Positions 1 through 14,278 of a stretch of 64,000 bases of DNA are shown piece after piece. The stretch's first letter is position 1. Each line of letters opens with the position of its first letter. Source of the DNA: Camelus ferus. Its lineage: Eukaryota. The notes under the pieces were generated by a model. That model searched no databases. It worked only from the letters and a program-made list of their open reading frames with translations, and was not told the DNA's origin. The DNA lies in contig NC_045696.1 of NCBI RefSeq assembly GCF_009834535.1, positions 5,334,001 through 5,398,000 of the forward strand. The letters run 5' to 3'. A program made the translations under genes and the position numbers.

Positions 1-264
1 GGATGGGTGGAGGGGTTCATTCATTCATTCAACAGGTGAAGATTGAGTACTCGGCACTCATGTAAGTGACCTTTAATGAACACAGTTTGTGTGGAAAGCC
101 ACGAATCAGCCCCTGTGGGTGCCTGGAGAGTGTACGAGATGGGACTTCATCCTAGAAAAGGCAGCATCTCATCGGGGCAGTAGAACGCCCACAAACAACT
201 GGAGGGCAAGGTTAACGTTGCCAGGCGAGAGTTGCAGATGGAGATGTTGCTACGCAGGTGTTTA

Positions 265-1060
265 AATTTTTTTTTTTTGCAGAAGTTTGAAAAACTTCAA
301 ACCTGCAGAACAAGCCAAAGTTTACAACTATGCACTTGATCCCAGTTCACCAGTTAAATCTTCCCAACTTGCACGTGTTTTCTCTCTCTCTCCCCACCTA
401 TCATTTGAAAGTAAGTTGAAGTCATTATGACATTTCATTCCCAAATGTTTTATCCCCAAATATTTTTTTCTAAGAAAAAGGATGTTTTCCTCCATCACTT
501 GAATCTCATTGTCACATCTAAGAAATTTAACACTAATAAATAATATTGGCAAATACACAGTCCATATTCAAGTGTCTTGGTCATCCAAGGCCCTATCAAG
601 GATCATGCCTTGTATTTGTCACTCGTCCCTTAGCCTCCTTGTACCCAGAACAGGCTCTTTGCCTATGTTTCTGTTTTATTTTTTTGTAACATATTTTTGG
701 AATCCAGGCCAGTTGTTTTGTAGAAGGTCTTACAGTCTGAGTTTGTCCTGTGTCCTCAATGTTAGATTCAGGTTAAAAACAATTTGGGCCAGAATGCTAA
801 ATATTTGATGCTTGGGCCCTTCCTCTTGCATCAGAGCATGAGCCCATGATGTCAGCTCCTCGCATGACCCTGATGCGGACAGATGGCTGGGCTGGGAAGG
901 GAAGTTTCCCCTTGTGATTAATGAATAACCCAGGGAGGGTTACTCCAAGACCGTGTGACTCTCCTGTTCCCCAACAACTTTCATCCCATGACTTTCAGCT
1001 GACTCGGTTATAGTGATCATTGCAAAATAAGAATTTTCTCATTCCATCATTTTCCAACTA
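265..1060 (-). mobile_element. Old L1 (L1MC/ME-like) 3' region fragment
   Basis: Poly-T start followed by degenerate L1 3'UTR-like sequence; boundaries approximate. Confidence 0.5.
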
Positions 1061-1713
1061 ATTCTGTCTCCCTTTGTTTTGTTCAGATTTGCTTTTTGCC
1101 ATATGGACTTAAAGGAAGGGGAGAGTCCACCTCTAGCTGGGATAATACAGGAAACCTCAGGAAGGAGATGACATTTGGAGATGTGGAAGGAGACTGAAGA
1201 AACTATCAAGACAGCCTGTTGCTAGGCTCCTGGGGCGACCAGAGGCCAGGCTCTGGTCCTCGCCCTCTCATCAAGAGTGTGGCACTCTCAGTCCACCTTG
1301 GGCTAAGTCCTACCCCCAGATGCCGTGCGGCTCAGCTGGGCCGAGTACTCCCAATGCTCCTCAGATGCATGGCTGTCGGGCCCAGCATCCCAAAGGACCA
1401 GCGTGATTTGAGGGTTTGGGAAAATAGACAATTTCATGTTAAAATAAGTAGGAATATGGTAAGCATGCAAATCATGGGGGAAATGGGAAACTGAAATATG
1501 AGATTACACAAAAATTTTGTGCTTTTGGCAAGTCATCCTGGGTGATCCCCCAGAACCGTGGGGACATACATCTCTCTCTGCTGCAAAGAGGACACAGAGG
1601 AACATTTGAGAAACACTGTCCAAGACCAGTGAAGAAATGAGGGGTCCACAAACGTCAGAGATCAGGGAGGAAGAATAAACAATGGGTAGATTTGCTATAC
1701 CAAAGCAAATGGA

Positions 1714-1858
1714 TTCAATATCTTGTAATAACCTTTTATGAAAATGCACACATATGTATGTGCAGGCATGACTGGGACATTATGCTGTACACAGAAATCG
1801 ACACATTGTAACTGACTGTACTTCAATAAAAAATAAAAATAAAAAATAAATTTTAAAA
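1714..1858 (+). mobile_element. 5'-truncated lineage-specific L1 3' end with A-rich tail
   Basis: Shares tcttgtaataacc and cacattgtaactgactgtacttca with the L1 at 52.9 kb; TSD AAAGCAAATGGA (1702-1713) / AAAGCAAACGGA (1859-1870). Confidence 0.85.
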
Positions 1859-3296
1859 AAAGCAAACGGAAAACTGACAATATTGACCCCCTTGAAATCA
1901 ATGTTACGGTCACATGAAGGGAGGATCACTAAAGATTAAATCTTTAAACGTACTGGCTTTTATAATATTCTTGTAGTAGAAGGGACTTTAAACGGTCTCC
2001 TTTGTCTTATGCCCTCAATACTTTATGGAATGTGTTAGTAAAGAGAATACAGGTTCTAGATTTTTTTTAGGGTTTAATTTTAGGAGTTTTATTTTAGGGT
2101 TCAAATTTTATATTTTGCAGAGAGAGAAAGAGAGGAGACGAAAAAGGAAAACCAATAGAACAGAATAAGCATTCCAAAGTCTTAAGAGGATTTGGAAACT
2201 GGCCCATCATTTCATAAAGAGGAGAAAAGAAATTAAAGCTTTAAAAAGAAGAGAATGAAGTCACGCTTTTTATAAAATTTTTAGAATTCCGAACTCTGAG
2301 GGCTCAGATTTAGCTAAGCCACCATAAAATGAGAACCAATAAAGCCTGTAAGTGTACATTTTTATGAAGTGGAAACTATGCTAATTTTTATAATTACAAA
2401 GTAGGAGACTTCTTTGGGTCCGCCTATCAATTTTAATTCAGAGCTCTCTTAAATATTTAGTTTATTGCCTCTTTGGAACAGAAGTCTCAGCAGATAAAAT
2501 TTTAATGGTGTCAGAAAGCACACTCCATCCAAACTGCTGGCTCTGCCCGCAGAGCGTGTTAGATAATGCACTGCTCTCTCTTGGAAGAGAGCTGTTCGCT
2601 CTAAGAACCCAGGGCCCCTAATGCATCATGGTTGGCAGATTCCTGGGCCCCTTGGTCCTTCCCCTTGGGGACCTGTGTCAGGGCTCGGAGGACGCCAAGG
2701 TGAGTGACTGAGCGCAGAGCTCCGCCCCACCTCTGCACCAGCCAATTCTGGGACCATGCAACTGAGTCCTTCCTGCACCCTCTTTCCTGGTATTTATCAG
2801 TTTATAGTTACTGTTTATTTGTCCAAGGTATGTCTCCCTCATGAGACTGGAAGTTCCCCGGGGCAGGGAATCATGCCCCTCGTCTAAAAGATAAACATTT
2901 GTTGAATGAATGCATGAATGAATGAGTGAATGTATGAGTCCCTGTGTCTCAGAGTATCCCTCTTTGCCTGGGCGTTGGTTATTTCACCAGATGGGTAAGC
3001 TGCAGACTCCAGCTTCCTGTAAATTCAGTCGTTCATCCAGCTAATGTTTTATGAGCCTCTACTGTGTCCCAGGTGCTGTGGCAAGAGCTGTGGATAAAAG
3101 ATGAACAAGATGCAAACAGATGTGTGAACTCATCCATCAGATCAAAGCCTGTCTTCCAATAACATTTTCTCGGGGACAAGCACACTGAATTGTTGACTCA
3201 AAACAAAATAGGAAAACAGAGACATTATAAATTTGGGAAGGAAAACACAAGAGGTGGCAACCTTGACTCTCCAGTATCCAGGCTCAGAGAGGAACT

Positions 3297-3870
3297 TCTG
3301 AGTACACACCCGAAAGAAAAGCAGAGACTTGAATGCATATTTGAACACCAATGTTCACAGCAGTGTTATTTATAATAACCAAAAGATGGAAACAATCCAG
3401 ATGTCCATTCATGGATGAATGAATAAAACAAATGTCTTATATACATACCACGCAGTATTTTTCAGCCTTAAAAAGGGAGGAGATTCTGACACATGCTCCA
3501 ACAATGAAAAGCCTTGAAGACGTCAAGCTAAGTGGAATACACCGACTCGAAAGGACAACAGTATATGATTCCACTTGTATGAGGTACCTAGAATGGTCAA
3601 ATTCACGGAGACGGTAAGTAGAAAGGTGGTTGCCAGGAGCTACAGGAAGCGGAAAAGAGGGGAAGGGTAACGTTTAATGGATACAGAGTTTCAATTTGGG
3701 AAAATGAAAAAGTTCTGGAGATGGATGGCGTGATGGTCACACAACAATGTGAACGGACTTAAAGCCACTGAAATGTACGCTATGCTTAGTGCCACTTAAA
3801 AATCATTAAAATGGGGAATTCTATGTTATGTGTATTTAATCACAATAAAATAAATAATTTTTAAAAATAA
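3297..3870 (+). mobile_element. L1MB-like 3' end (ORF2 end and 3'UTR)
   Basis: Typical motifs aatgttcacagcag, atggaaacaatccagatgtccattcatggatgaat, aaaaagttctggagatggatgg; ends cacaataaaa. Confidence 0.8.
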
Positions 3871-3969
3871 ATGTACATGCCTTTAGGATTATGCTATTTT
3901 GCTTTTGTGGAGTTAATCCTACAAATAGTCACAAATACATGAAATGACAAATACAAATTTATGTGTTAC

Positions 3970-4006
3970 AGCATTATTTAGCATTATTAGCATTATTAGC
4001 ATTATT
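3970..4006. repeat. Tandem repeat (AGCATTATT) x4
   Basis: agcattattt agcattatt agcattatt agcattatt, read directly. Confidence 0.9.
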
Positions 4007-4508
4007 CAGAATATTGGAAGCTATCTAAATGGCCGTCAGGAGAGGGTCAGTTAAATAAATCATCCTTCCCAGCATGCAGTAGAATATTTTGCAACTGTAA
4101 AAATGAATCAAAATGCTCTTTATATATTCATTTGGAAAGTGTTCCAAGATAAATAATTGAGTGAAAAAAAGCAAAGTGCCAAGCAGAGTGTATAGCATGC
4201 TATGATATTTTTTAATGGGGGCAGAATATGTCCTTGAACTGTTTGTATATGCACAATGTTCTCCTGGAATAATCCACAAGAAACTAATTTAAACGCATTG
4301 CCTGTGGAGAGGAAACATGGGGACAGAAGAAGGAGCGAGGCTTTTCATGCATTCTTGTTTTTATTGAGAAGCATGTGAATGCACTGTCTCTCCATATAGA
4401 TTGCTGGAAGCCACTTTTTAAAATAAAAATAAGCTGCTTCAACAACAACCAAAACAGCGATTTGTACTTACATTGAGCATCGGATGCTGTCCAGTTCCTT
4501 AGATGCAC

Positions 4509-4895
4509 TGCGTCAGTCTCCCGGGGCTCCCGTAACAAATGACCACAACCTTCGTGTCTGTACAAACAGACATTCTCTCTCAGTTCTAGAGGCCAGACGA
4601 CTGAAGTCAAAGTACCAGCAGGGCTCTGCTGTCTCTGAAGACTTTGGGGGAGGAACCTTCTATCTCTTCCAGCTTCTGGTGGTTACCACTGTCCTTGCTG
4701 ATCCTGGACTTTTACAGATATCACCCCAATCTCTGCCTCTGTCTTCATGGGGCTCCCTGTGCATGTGTTTCTGTGTCCAAATCTTCTGTTTTGTAAGGAC
4801 ACTAGCCTAATGGATTTAGGGCCCATTCTAATGACCCCATTTTAACTTTATTACGTCTGCAAAGACCCTATTTCCAAACAAGGTCACGTTGTGTA
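4509..4895 (-). mobile_element. MaLR LTR (MLT1-like)
   Basis: gtaacaaatgaccacaa...tctcagttctagaggccaga...gcaaagaccctatttccaaacaaggtcac signature. Confidence 0.75.
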
Positions 4896-7530
4896 AGTAC
4901 GTTGATGGGTGATGTCAGGGTAGGCATGCCGTTGAAGTAAGAAAAATGAGGTGCAGCCATGTTAAGAGAGCTCGGACGATATTTTTCTTTAAATCTGATG
5001 AGAAGCCATTGAATGGTTTAACAAAGGAATATGTCTTATCTGATTTACATTTTGAAAGACTCTCCTTACTGTTTGGATAATGGCATATATTGGAGCTAGG
5101 CTGAAGACAAGGAGACCAGGACAGAGGCTAGAGCACCTAGAGAGGTGGCGCTGATGCTTGGGAGCTGTTAAGATGAGCCCAGTGGGTAGGCTGGGCAAGT
5201 ACATTGTGGAGGTGGAGCTGGCAGGACTTGCTCATGGATCGGGATGTGGCCATACTGGAAAGAGGAGAACCAAGGAATATTTCTAGAATTTTTAAAATTT
5301 TATAACAAGGGATCAAAAGTTGTGTTTCAGACTTTCTGGTTTAGAAGCCTAGTAGACATTGAAACAGAGATGGCAAGGGAGCAGCGGCATATATGAGTCT
5401 AGAGTTCAGGGAAGAGGTGAGGGATGAACAGGACCTTGTAGATGTTATTTAGAGTCATGGGACCATAGCAAACCACCGCAGGGAAAAATATAAATGAAGA
5501 AGGAAGGAGGGGCAACCACCAAGAGTTCTCCAACATGTCATATGGTAAAAACAAGCAATAAGGAAGGCAATCTGAGAGAGGAAGAAAATCTAGAGAATGA
5601 AGCAACCTGGGAGCCAAAGAAGGAAGTGTTTCTGGAGAAGTAAGTGGTCAATTGGGCCAAACACTGCCAAGAGGACCTTTGAAGGAACCCATGTGGATGT
5701 CCTGGATCCTGACAAGATGGTGGTCGTTGGTGACCATGAGCTGATTCCCTGATGTACCAGGGACAGAAGCTAGACTGAGTGGGAAAGAGAATGGAGGAGG
5801 AGGCACCGTCCATATATGGTGCTGTTCTTAGCATAGAGCCCGGCGCAGAGTCAGCGCCAATGGATGACAGGATGCATCATTGTCTACCACAAGGCATGGT
5901 TCCTGTGCAGACTCCTAAGCTGTAGATCGCTACAGACAGGAATCCTCAAGTCAACATGCACTCCAAAATGCTACTCCATCCAGGAAATGGGTACCAGCAG
6001 AAGAACTTGAACAGGACAAAATATTTTTAATAGAAAGAAATGTAAATTTCTATGTTGCAGTCATAATAAAAAATGTTTGGTCAAAACCACAAGAAAACTC
6101 CTGGTGTAAATGAACAGGCTGCAGAAGCTCGAGTCTTTCTGTGCCAGTTGGGTCCTGAAACATAAGCAGGAAGACGTGCACGGTGAGATGGAGGTGTTCT
6201 GCTGGCCATGCAGACCCGAGGGCACCCTCCCTAGACGAAGGAGCTGTTCTGTGAGTAAGTATCTTTTAACACCACGTGCCCTGCTGTCTCCGCACTTCAG
6301 CAGTGTCATCAGAAATGAAAGATGCTGGATGTGTGACTTACTTGGAAGGGCAAACTCGGTGACCTCTCCTGTAGGCTGTGACAGCATGGGGCCAGATCAT
6401 TCTGTAAGTATGAGGAGGCCATCATTATATTCAAAAACATTTCAGCGGAAAATCAAAGGAGCAAGCAAAATGCCTTGACCTCTCACACCTCTGAGCCCCA
6501 GATCCCTGGGGCAGCAGCTGACCAGCACCACCAGATGCTCCCCCCGTGTGAATTGCCCCCTTGAGCTCTGGTCCTGCTGGGCTGGGACATGAGCAACGTG
6601 CTCGTCTAGTCCAGCCCCACTGCCTTCCAAGCTCTGCAGAGACCTTCCACCCAGTGAGCCACTGCGGTGTCAACCTGCCTGATAAACAATTAACCATGTA
6701 GAAAATTGAAGGCGTGTCTCTCTGTTCCCTCTCCAAGCCCTTGAAATGTGGGAGGGACGGATTCATTGAATCAAAGACCCGGATATTCTAGCTACACTCT
6801 GCCCTTCCTCATTCATTCAACAAAAATATATTGAACCCCCATTACCTGCCAGAAGTTGTTCTGGCCAGCAGTGCACGAAGCAACAACACACAGGACAAAC
6901 TTTTAGAGGCCCTCATGAAACGTATTTCCTACTGGCAGAGACAGACAATAAACTAGCAAAGGAATGAGCCTGTCACACTCATTTTGAATACTAATAAATG
7001 CTATCAAAAATAATATAACAGGTGAAGGAACAGAGGTGACAGGAGTGGGACATGGGACAATTATAGATACAGCCAACCAAGGGTCTTGCCCATGGAGATG
7101 CCGTGTTAGCACTGAACTGAATGGAATGAGGGGACCAACCTGGTGACTATCTGGGAAAATAGCATGGATTTAAGGGAAAAGTTGCTGCAAGGATAAAAGC
7201 TCTGAGGCAGGGGAGAGCTTGGCCTGTTTTAGAAATTGTGAGCTCCATGGTTGGAGCAAAATGAGAGAGAAGGACATGAAAGAATTCAAGATTCTAAAGT
7301 TACCCAGGCATCAGACATGGAGAGACTTCTGCGTCATAATGAAAAAAATCGGATTTAAAAAAAAATTTTTTTAAAGAAGCTTTTAGAGCAGAATAGCTTT
7401 GGAGCAGGATAATGGCATGACCTGGTTTAAATTTTAAAATACCACTTTGGTTAATGTATGGAGCAGAAGCAGCTGGAAGGCTACTGCCCAGAGATGGTGT
7501 TGCCTTTGACAGGCTGATAGTAATGGAGGT

Positions 7531-8025
7531 TGTATTAGTTTTCTATGGCTGCTGTGACAATTCACTACAAACTTAGTGCCTTAGTGCCTAAAAACAACAC
7601 TTATTTATTACTTTATAGTCCAGAACGAACTCTAGGGAAGAAACTGTTTCCTACTCATCTGAGTTGTCAGAGTTCCGTTCCTTGCAGCTACAGGGCCAAG
7701 GTTCCTCTTTCTTTGCAGACTCTAAAATGAGGGCTACAGCGTTCCTCAGTTCATGGCCTCTTTTCTTTATCTTCAAAGCCAGCAACAGTGGTTGAGTCCT
7801 TCTCATGTCATCTCTCTCTGATCCATCTTTTGCCTTCCTCTTTCATTTTTAAGGACTCATATGATTAACCTGGGTCACCTAGATAATCTAAGATAGCCTC
7901 CCATCCAAGGTCTGTAACCTTAAGTGCATCTGCACAGTCCCTGCTGCCATGTAAGGTGGCATTTGTAGGTTCTGGGGATTAGAGCATGGACGTCTTTGAG
8001 GGGAGCCATTATTCTGCCAACCACA
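7531..8025 (-). mobile_element. MaLR solo LTR (MLT1D-like) nested in L2
   Basis: TG...CA ends (tgtattagttttctatggctgctg ... attctgccaaccaca); 5-bp TSD GAGGT at 7526-7530 and 8026-8030. Confidence 0.85.
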
Positions 8026-9084
8026 GAGGTGGTGACAGTAGATGGATTCCAGATGTATTTAAAGGATATTTCCAATAAGAAAATGTATAAAAAATTTGAA
8101 GAGGAAAACCAAAGCCAGGTGGCCTGACTCCAGGTGGCATCATTTACTGAAACGAGGAGCAGTAGATTTGGGGAAGCAGTAGATCTGATGGGCAATGGGG
8201 AGATAGGTAGATTTGAGGCATCTATTTAACAGCAAAATGAGATAAGTAGTAAATTGGATAACAAGTGTGAAGTTTAGCAGGAAGGTCAAGGACAAATATA
8301 AAAATGTAGAACTATCAGCTTATGCATGGATTTTAAAGCCATGAGACTAAGTAAAATGTGAAACCATCTAGCAAAAGATTGTAGATAGAGAAGAGGAATA
8401 AAAACTCAGCCCAGAATGAACCAACATTTAGACGTCACAAGAAGAGGAGAATCCTACAAAACAGATAACATAGAAAAAGAAGTTAGTAAAGTGGGAGGGG
8501 GAGAATGGAGCCTCATGGAAACCAAATGAGAGATTTCAAGGAGGAAGTGATCAACTGTACCAAATACTGCCAGTGGGTCAAGCAAGATGAAGGCTGCAGG
8601 CGTCCATTGGATTTGATAAGATGGTGGTTGTTGGAGACCTTGACCAGTGTGATTTTAATATGGAGGTGAAAAGCTTATTGGAATAGGGAGATGAGACAGT
8701 AGGAATTGTCATTTGGGACAACTCTTGAGGATTTTTGTTACAAAGAACAGCAAATTGGGTTGATGACTACAGTGGGATGAAAAGTCAAAGAAGGACAACG
8801 TCTTGGTGTGGGAGGTGGTACAACACATCTGCCGATGGCAGTGATCCAAGCAAGAAGGGGATGTTGATGGTGCACGGAAGCCACTGACAGTAGCCAGTAG
8901 AGAGAAGATCCAGAGCACGTTGGGGTGGGGGGTGGTTTTGACACAGCAGACTCTATCAAAGAAAGTAGGTACAGGGTATGAGTCAGACAGAGGCTATTGT
9001 GGGGCTGGCGATTCGGTGGGGAAAATATAAGGTAGTTGTCTTTTGATTGTTCAGGGAATTAAAGCAAGATCACCAATTGGGAGT

Positions 9085-9435
9085 GATTATCCTTCAGCAA
9101 ATATTTACTTCCTTCCTCCAACATCTCCACCTGAGGAGGAAACTTTCCTACCATACTGATGTGGGGCTTGCTCTTGTGACTTAGTTTGGCCAATGGAATG
9201 TGAGTGAATGTGAGGTGAACAGAGAATTGAAATGATCTGGCCCAGCTGGGCTGATCTCTTTGATTCTGCCACCATCATGAGAAGAGTGTTTCTCTGGCCA
9301 CCAGAATAAGAAGAGACACATGGAACAAACAACCTGGCTGATCCATGGCTTAGTAGGTGCAATCACAAATACTGGCTGTTGTATGTAGTGGGGATTTTCT
9401 ACTTGCTTGTTACACGCCAAAAACTGACTGATGCA
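9085..9435 (+). mobile_element. Old MaLR LTR (MLT1I/J-like)
   Basis: gtgacttagtttggccaatggaatgtgagtg motif; ends aaactgactgatgca. Confidence 0.6.
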
Positions 9436-10335
9436 CAAGGATACTGGCAGCTCCAAGGAAGAGTAGAAAGTGTGAAGATGTGAGAGAAAGAATTGACCAG
9501 AGGAAGTAACAGGGTAGCCGGGCAGTGCTGAGGAACTAAGGGAAATCATGAAATGAATTCAAAGTGGGACCAGTGAGCACTATTGGCAAAACATTTCTAG
9601 CCACATTCAGTTGCTTGGAAGCAAGTGTGAATTAGTCAGAAACTTTACTTCTGCCAAGGCTGGAGGTTTGCCAAATGATGTCAAGAGGGGCAAAGAGCTG
9701 AGGGTGTTTGCAAAGCGAGTGATTATAGTTAAGGACCATGAATTCTAAAGTGGGTAAAAAAAAAAAAAAAAAAAAAAAAGATAGTGAAAAAGGAGGAATA
9801 AACCGGTGGTCCCAGTGTAGACTAAGCATTGCGAGGGCAGCGGGCTCAAGCCAGTCAAGATAAGAAGTGGGAGTCTGAGAGGAGCACGTTTAGGATTAAA
9901 ATTTTGAAGGTCTAAGAAATGACCAAAGGAGCAGGTGGCTGAGGCGCAGGAGAGAAAACCTGGTGTGTGAGCAGCGAGGAAATGAAGGAGCTGGGAAGCT
10001 GGCGTGCCGGGTTTGACATGAATGTTGAAACACCAAGAACGGAAGAGCAGCGCTGAAGACAGTGCTCGGTGCTCGGTAGCCGTATCTGCTCATGTTAAGG
10101 TGGAGGTAGATGTGAGTTTCCAGAGTAAGAACAGATGAAGTTTTACTTACTTATAATAACCACACCCCTCCCCGCACAGCCCAGTTCTTGTCCCCGGGGT
10201 GATGCAACGGGGGCCACACCAGATGCTCCCCTGTGCACACTGCAGCTGCAAATGAAGATGTGGGCATCTGAGTTGTTATATAGAACGGCTGGTATAGGAG
10301 CCCTCCTCCCCTTACTAAAAAGGAAAATTAAAACT

Positions 10336-10772
10336 TGTCTAAGGAAAAACAGAGTTGGATGGTAAAGTGGTAAAAACAGATTTTATTCAGAACGACTGCA
10401 ATTGTGGAAAAAATGAGACCTCCATATAGACCAGGTTCAACTCTGAGTATGATGTGGACAATTGGGAATTACAGCCAGGGAGCTGAGTGGGGACAGCGGA
10501 GGGAAAATTACTGAGAGGAAGCATCAGGGGTCGGGGGTTGCTGGGCAAACTAAGCCATCAGGGTCTTGCTGAAGGCAGCCTGGGCGAGCAGACGCCATCC
10601 GGGGGATGGTGGAGGACAAGGAACTGGGTCAGATAGCAAGGACGGGGCCTTCTGGTTAAACTGACTTAGCACGGTTCTTGCCAAAACTGGCTTCTACAAG
10701 GAAATGCTCCGATGGATCTAGGACAAGGCTCAGGACTCTGACTAAAATTGGTCAAGGAAAGAACCTTTGTCA
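10336..10772 (-). mobile_element. ERV1 solo LTR, MER31-like
   Basis: Minus strand starts TGACAAAGGTTCTTTCCTTGACCAA, contains GCTAAGTCAGTTTA and AATAAA near its 3' end, and ends CA. Confidence 0.75.
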
Positions 10773-11176
10773 CTCCCTAAGGTAAATAAACCCTCCTTGG
10801 AAAGGATCCTGGGTTCTTATCCTTCGGAATGTAAATAAATGACTCTAAGAAGGCGAGAAGATGAGTGTCTCCAGCTTCGGACCCAGGACGAGTGAAGGTC
10901 CCGAGTCTCGGCCCCAGCTCGAAATATAAACACACGCCTCCAGGGAGGGCAGTCTCTCAGAAAGGTCTGCCCCTACCCCATCACCCCTAACCTCGCAGCC
11001 TTGTTCTTTTAGCCCCAGTCCCAAGTTTCAGTAAGATGTATTCAGAGAACCCTAACTAGACAGAGACATAAAAATATTTTCTCAGCATGTGCCCAGATAA
11101 TAAGAATGAATTGAGTGTTCAAACCTTCCATGAACCAGGAGAAGTGACCCAAAAATGAGCTGAGGACAGTGACAAG

Positions 11177-11580
11177 TGTGGGGTGATGGCTGTTTTTATG
11201 CCTCAGCTGGACTGGGCCACAGGGCTCCCAGACACTTGGTTAAATGTGAATCTGGGCATGTCTGTGCCAGTGTTTCTGGAGGAGATTGACATATAAACTG
11301 GTCAATACAAGGAAAGCTGGTTGCCCTCCCCAGTGTGGGTGAGCCTCGTCTAATCAGTGGAAGGTCTGAATAAAATAAAAGGCTGAGTAAGAAAGAATCC
11401 TTATCCTCTGCTTCACTGTCTTTGAGGTGAAACAGCAATCTCCTCCTGCCTTCAGACTCAGACCCGGACGGGACCTTACACAGACCAGCTCGCCTGGGTC
11501 TCCAGCTGGCCAGCTGGAGAGATATTGGAACTTCTCAGTCTCCATAATGATGTGAGCTAATTCCTTATAATAAATATATA
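11177..11580 (+). mobile_element. ERVL LTR (MLT2-like)
   Basis: gactgggccacaggg...ccagacacttggttaaa...tgtttctggaggagattgacat...gtgagctaattccttataataaat. Confidence 0.75.
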
Positions 11581-13239
11581 TTGTTTTAAATAAAACATAT
11601 AATATTTTAAGCTTTTAAGAAGGGCATAAATCACATCTTTCTAGACATTACAATTTTTTATCTTCATGATGAAATAAAAAGTCAAGAGTACATTGGCGCT
11701 ACCCTGACGTGTGGCCAGCTGTAACCGCGATCTTCCATTGGTCCCTGAAGCTTAGAAGTGTGCGTTTTCCAGAGAACAGATCTAAAGTTTGCATTTTGCA
11801 GGTCGCTGTTTGCACCTGCCCACATTTGCCCTGAAACAACGAGTTTAAAGCCGGTTACACTCATTCATGTTGCGGCCCTGTTACTCCCATAGGCCTCTGA
11901 GAGAACCAATTGCTTACCAGTGATAAGGAAGTCCCCCCAGGGTTCTCCATTCCTTTGCTTCCTCAGTAACTATCATAAGCGAAGAGCAGCTGCGTGCCCT
12001 GCACAGTTTCTCTGCGGTTTTCCAATAAAGCAGAAAGACTTAAGTATCCAACACTTTGTGCCAGAAGCTGTATTCCTCAGGTCTGAGATTTTCCAAGTCC
12101 TCCTCTTCTAGGCCTCCCCAATCTTTGCCTGTTTGACTGCGGAGTCCTGGATTGATAGAACGAAGTTAAGGGAGAGGAAGATGCCTGAGGCAGATGCCTC
12201 CGGTGCCTGGAGCCCCGCCTCCTCGACCCTGTCTCTCGGCCCGAGGTGAAGGATCAGGGGAGCCTCAGATTCATCGCACACTTGGCAGTGCCCCCGGCTC
12301 CCGCCCCAGGCAGCCACCTTGAGGCTTTCCCATTTGTGCTGCAGGGTCTTCTCAGGAGCTGGAGGGAAGGAGGAGGAAATTAACGTCCCCATCAATGGGG
12401 ATGGAGCAGCTGAACGAGTTTTGCAGCCTCCTGTCCTTTTGGGGGACTGGGGCGTGGCTTTTCCTGGGCTCCCTACTCCTCGCAGGAGCTCCCGCGCTGG
12501 AGCACCCCTGCTGGCTTTACAGGTGAATGTCCACACCTGCTTGTCGGCTTCCCCTCTCCCCTCTCCCCGCCTCCTGCCTCCCAGAATCCCCTTCTTTGCT
12601 GGAGGTGAAAACTCAAACCAAGCCCCACCCCCCACCTATTTTGTGTAGTCAGGAAATTGACTGAAGGGCTAACTGAATTTATGAGCCGATTTTGTTAAGT
12701 GAAAATTTCCCTCCCTAACTCCTCAAAAAGCCCTTGCCGGTACGCTGGCTGCCAGATAGCCAGTCTCAGAAGGAGCAGAAAGCAGGCCCAGGAAGCAGAG
12801 AAGGTGTTTGTCCCTCTCAGACAATATCAGCTCATGTGAGAACCCAAATGCAGGTCCACAGGGAGACCACGGTAAGCAGCAGCCAACCTCAAAGCAAGAC
12901 TTCGACAAACCAATGACTGGAAAAGTCGATGCGGACAGTGTCTCAGTCTTTGTGTCCAAAGGAACCTTGGAAAATCAATGACTATTTGACTGGCTATTCA
13001 AGTTCAACTGATAATAGCAAAATAAAGGTTCTGAAGCGAATTTGGCCTTCCATGGGTGGGATACGTCTATAGCCCCCGAGAAGCTTTGTCCCAGAGCAAA
13101 TCAAAGGATTATCTTAGAAGTCAGATCACCCAATGAAGTTAAATCTCTTCTCAACTATTCATTTTTAATTATCATATGACTTTCACTCACGTTTGCTGAC
13201 TCACAGGACAGAAAAATGTTTTATTAAAAGTTTCCTCTA

Positions 13240-13556
13240 TTTTTTAAAATAGACTTTATTCTTTTAGAGCAATTTCAGGTTCACAACAGAATTGAGCAGA
13301 AAATACAAAGAGTTGCACACAGCCCTCCCCACCCACACATATATACTCCCCTACCCTCAGCCTCCCTCATCAGTATGGCATATTTGGTACAATCGATGAA
13401 CCAGCGTGGGCACGTTATTATCAACCATAGTCTATAGTTTACATTAGGGTTCATCTTGATGTTGTACATTCTATGGGTTTTGACAAATGCATAATATAGC
13501 CACCACTATAGTATCATGTAGAATAATTTCTTTGCCCTAAAAATCCCTTGTGCTCC
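13240..13556 (-). mobile_element. L1MC/MD-like 3' end
   Basis: tagactttatt...ttagagcaatttcaggttcaca...gtacattctatgggttttgacaaatg signature. Confidence 0.75.
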
Positions 13557-13702
13557 AAAAATTTCCCTCTATTTTTCAAATGAACACAAATCATGTCATA
13601 GCAAGCAAGTATTTAAATAACAGTCCTTGTGTATTAAGGTATAAAAATATACTTTTGAGAAATGTCTATATTAAAATATATATATGGTTTAGACATGGAT
13701 TT

Positions 13703-13845
13703 AGTTTTTATTTAGTTTGTTTTGTGGGGAAGGGGAGGTAATTAGGTTTATGTATTTATTTTTAGAGGAGGTCCTGGGGACTGAACCCAGGACCTCGTGC
13801 GTGCTAAGCACAGTGCTCTGCCACTTGAGCTGCAGCCTCCCCTCC
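13703..13845 (-). mobile_element. tRNA-derived SINE (camelid vic-1-like)
   Basis: Reverse complement has tRNA A/B-box head (tgcttagcac...gaggtcctgggttcagtcccc) and aaacctaattacctcccc tail like the copy at 32.9 kb; TSD AGACATGGATTT / AGACGTGAATTT. Confidence 0.85.
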
Positions 13846-14278
13846 AGACGTGAATTTCTGTAACTCTAGGGTGTTTTGGTTTGGGCGGTGTGGGGTTTTT
13901 TTTTTCAGTTTTGTTCTTTGCTTCAGTTGTTCATTCATTTGGTCATTTGTTTGTTTCCTAGTATGTTAAAGGAATGATTTTAAAAAGAGAAAAAGAAATA
14001 ATCAGAATGACAGCACCACTCTTTTACAGATAAGCTTAGAGACACAAAATTCATAATTTTGAATTATGGGATGTCAGTGTTAGGATCTGGCATATATCTT
14101 CAAAAATTGTTCAAATGAGGGAAGCACATTCGAATATCCTATGTTTATAGATGACAGAAAAGTCCATTGTGAAGGTGCAGGCACAGAGAAGTTCATGAAA
14201 ACAGCCAGAAAAAAAGGCAGATAGCTGTTCATAGACAAGGGAATTTATAGGTAAGTTAATGCCTGTGTATAAAGGGGT

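Larger units (their letters stand above)
6810..9900 (-). mobile_element. Fragmented L2 element interrupted by younger LTRs
   Basis: L2 3' end cattcattcaacaaa...ttga at 6810, followed by degenerate purine-rich L2-like sequence; a similar fragment lies at about 4930-5830; boundaries approximate. Confidence 0.6.
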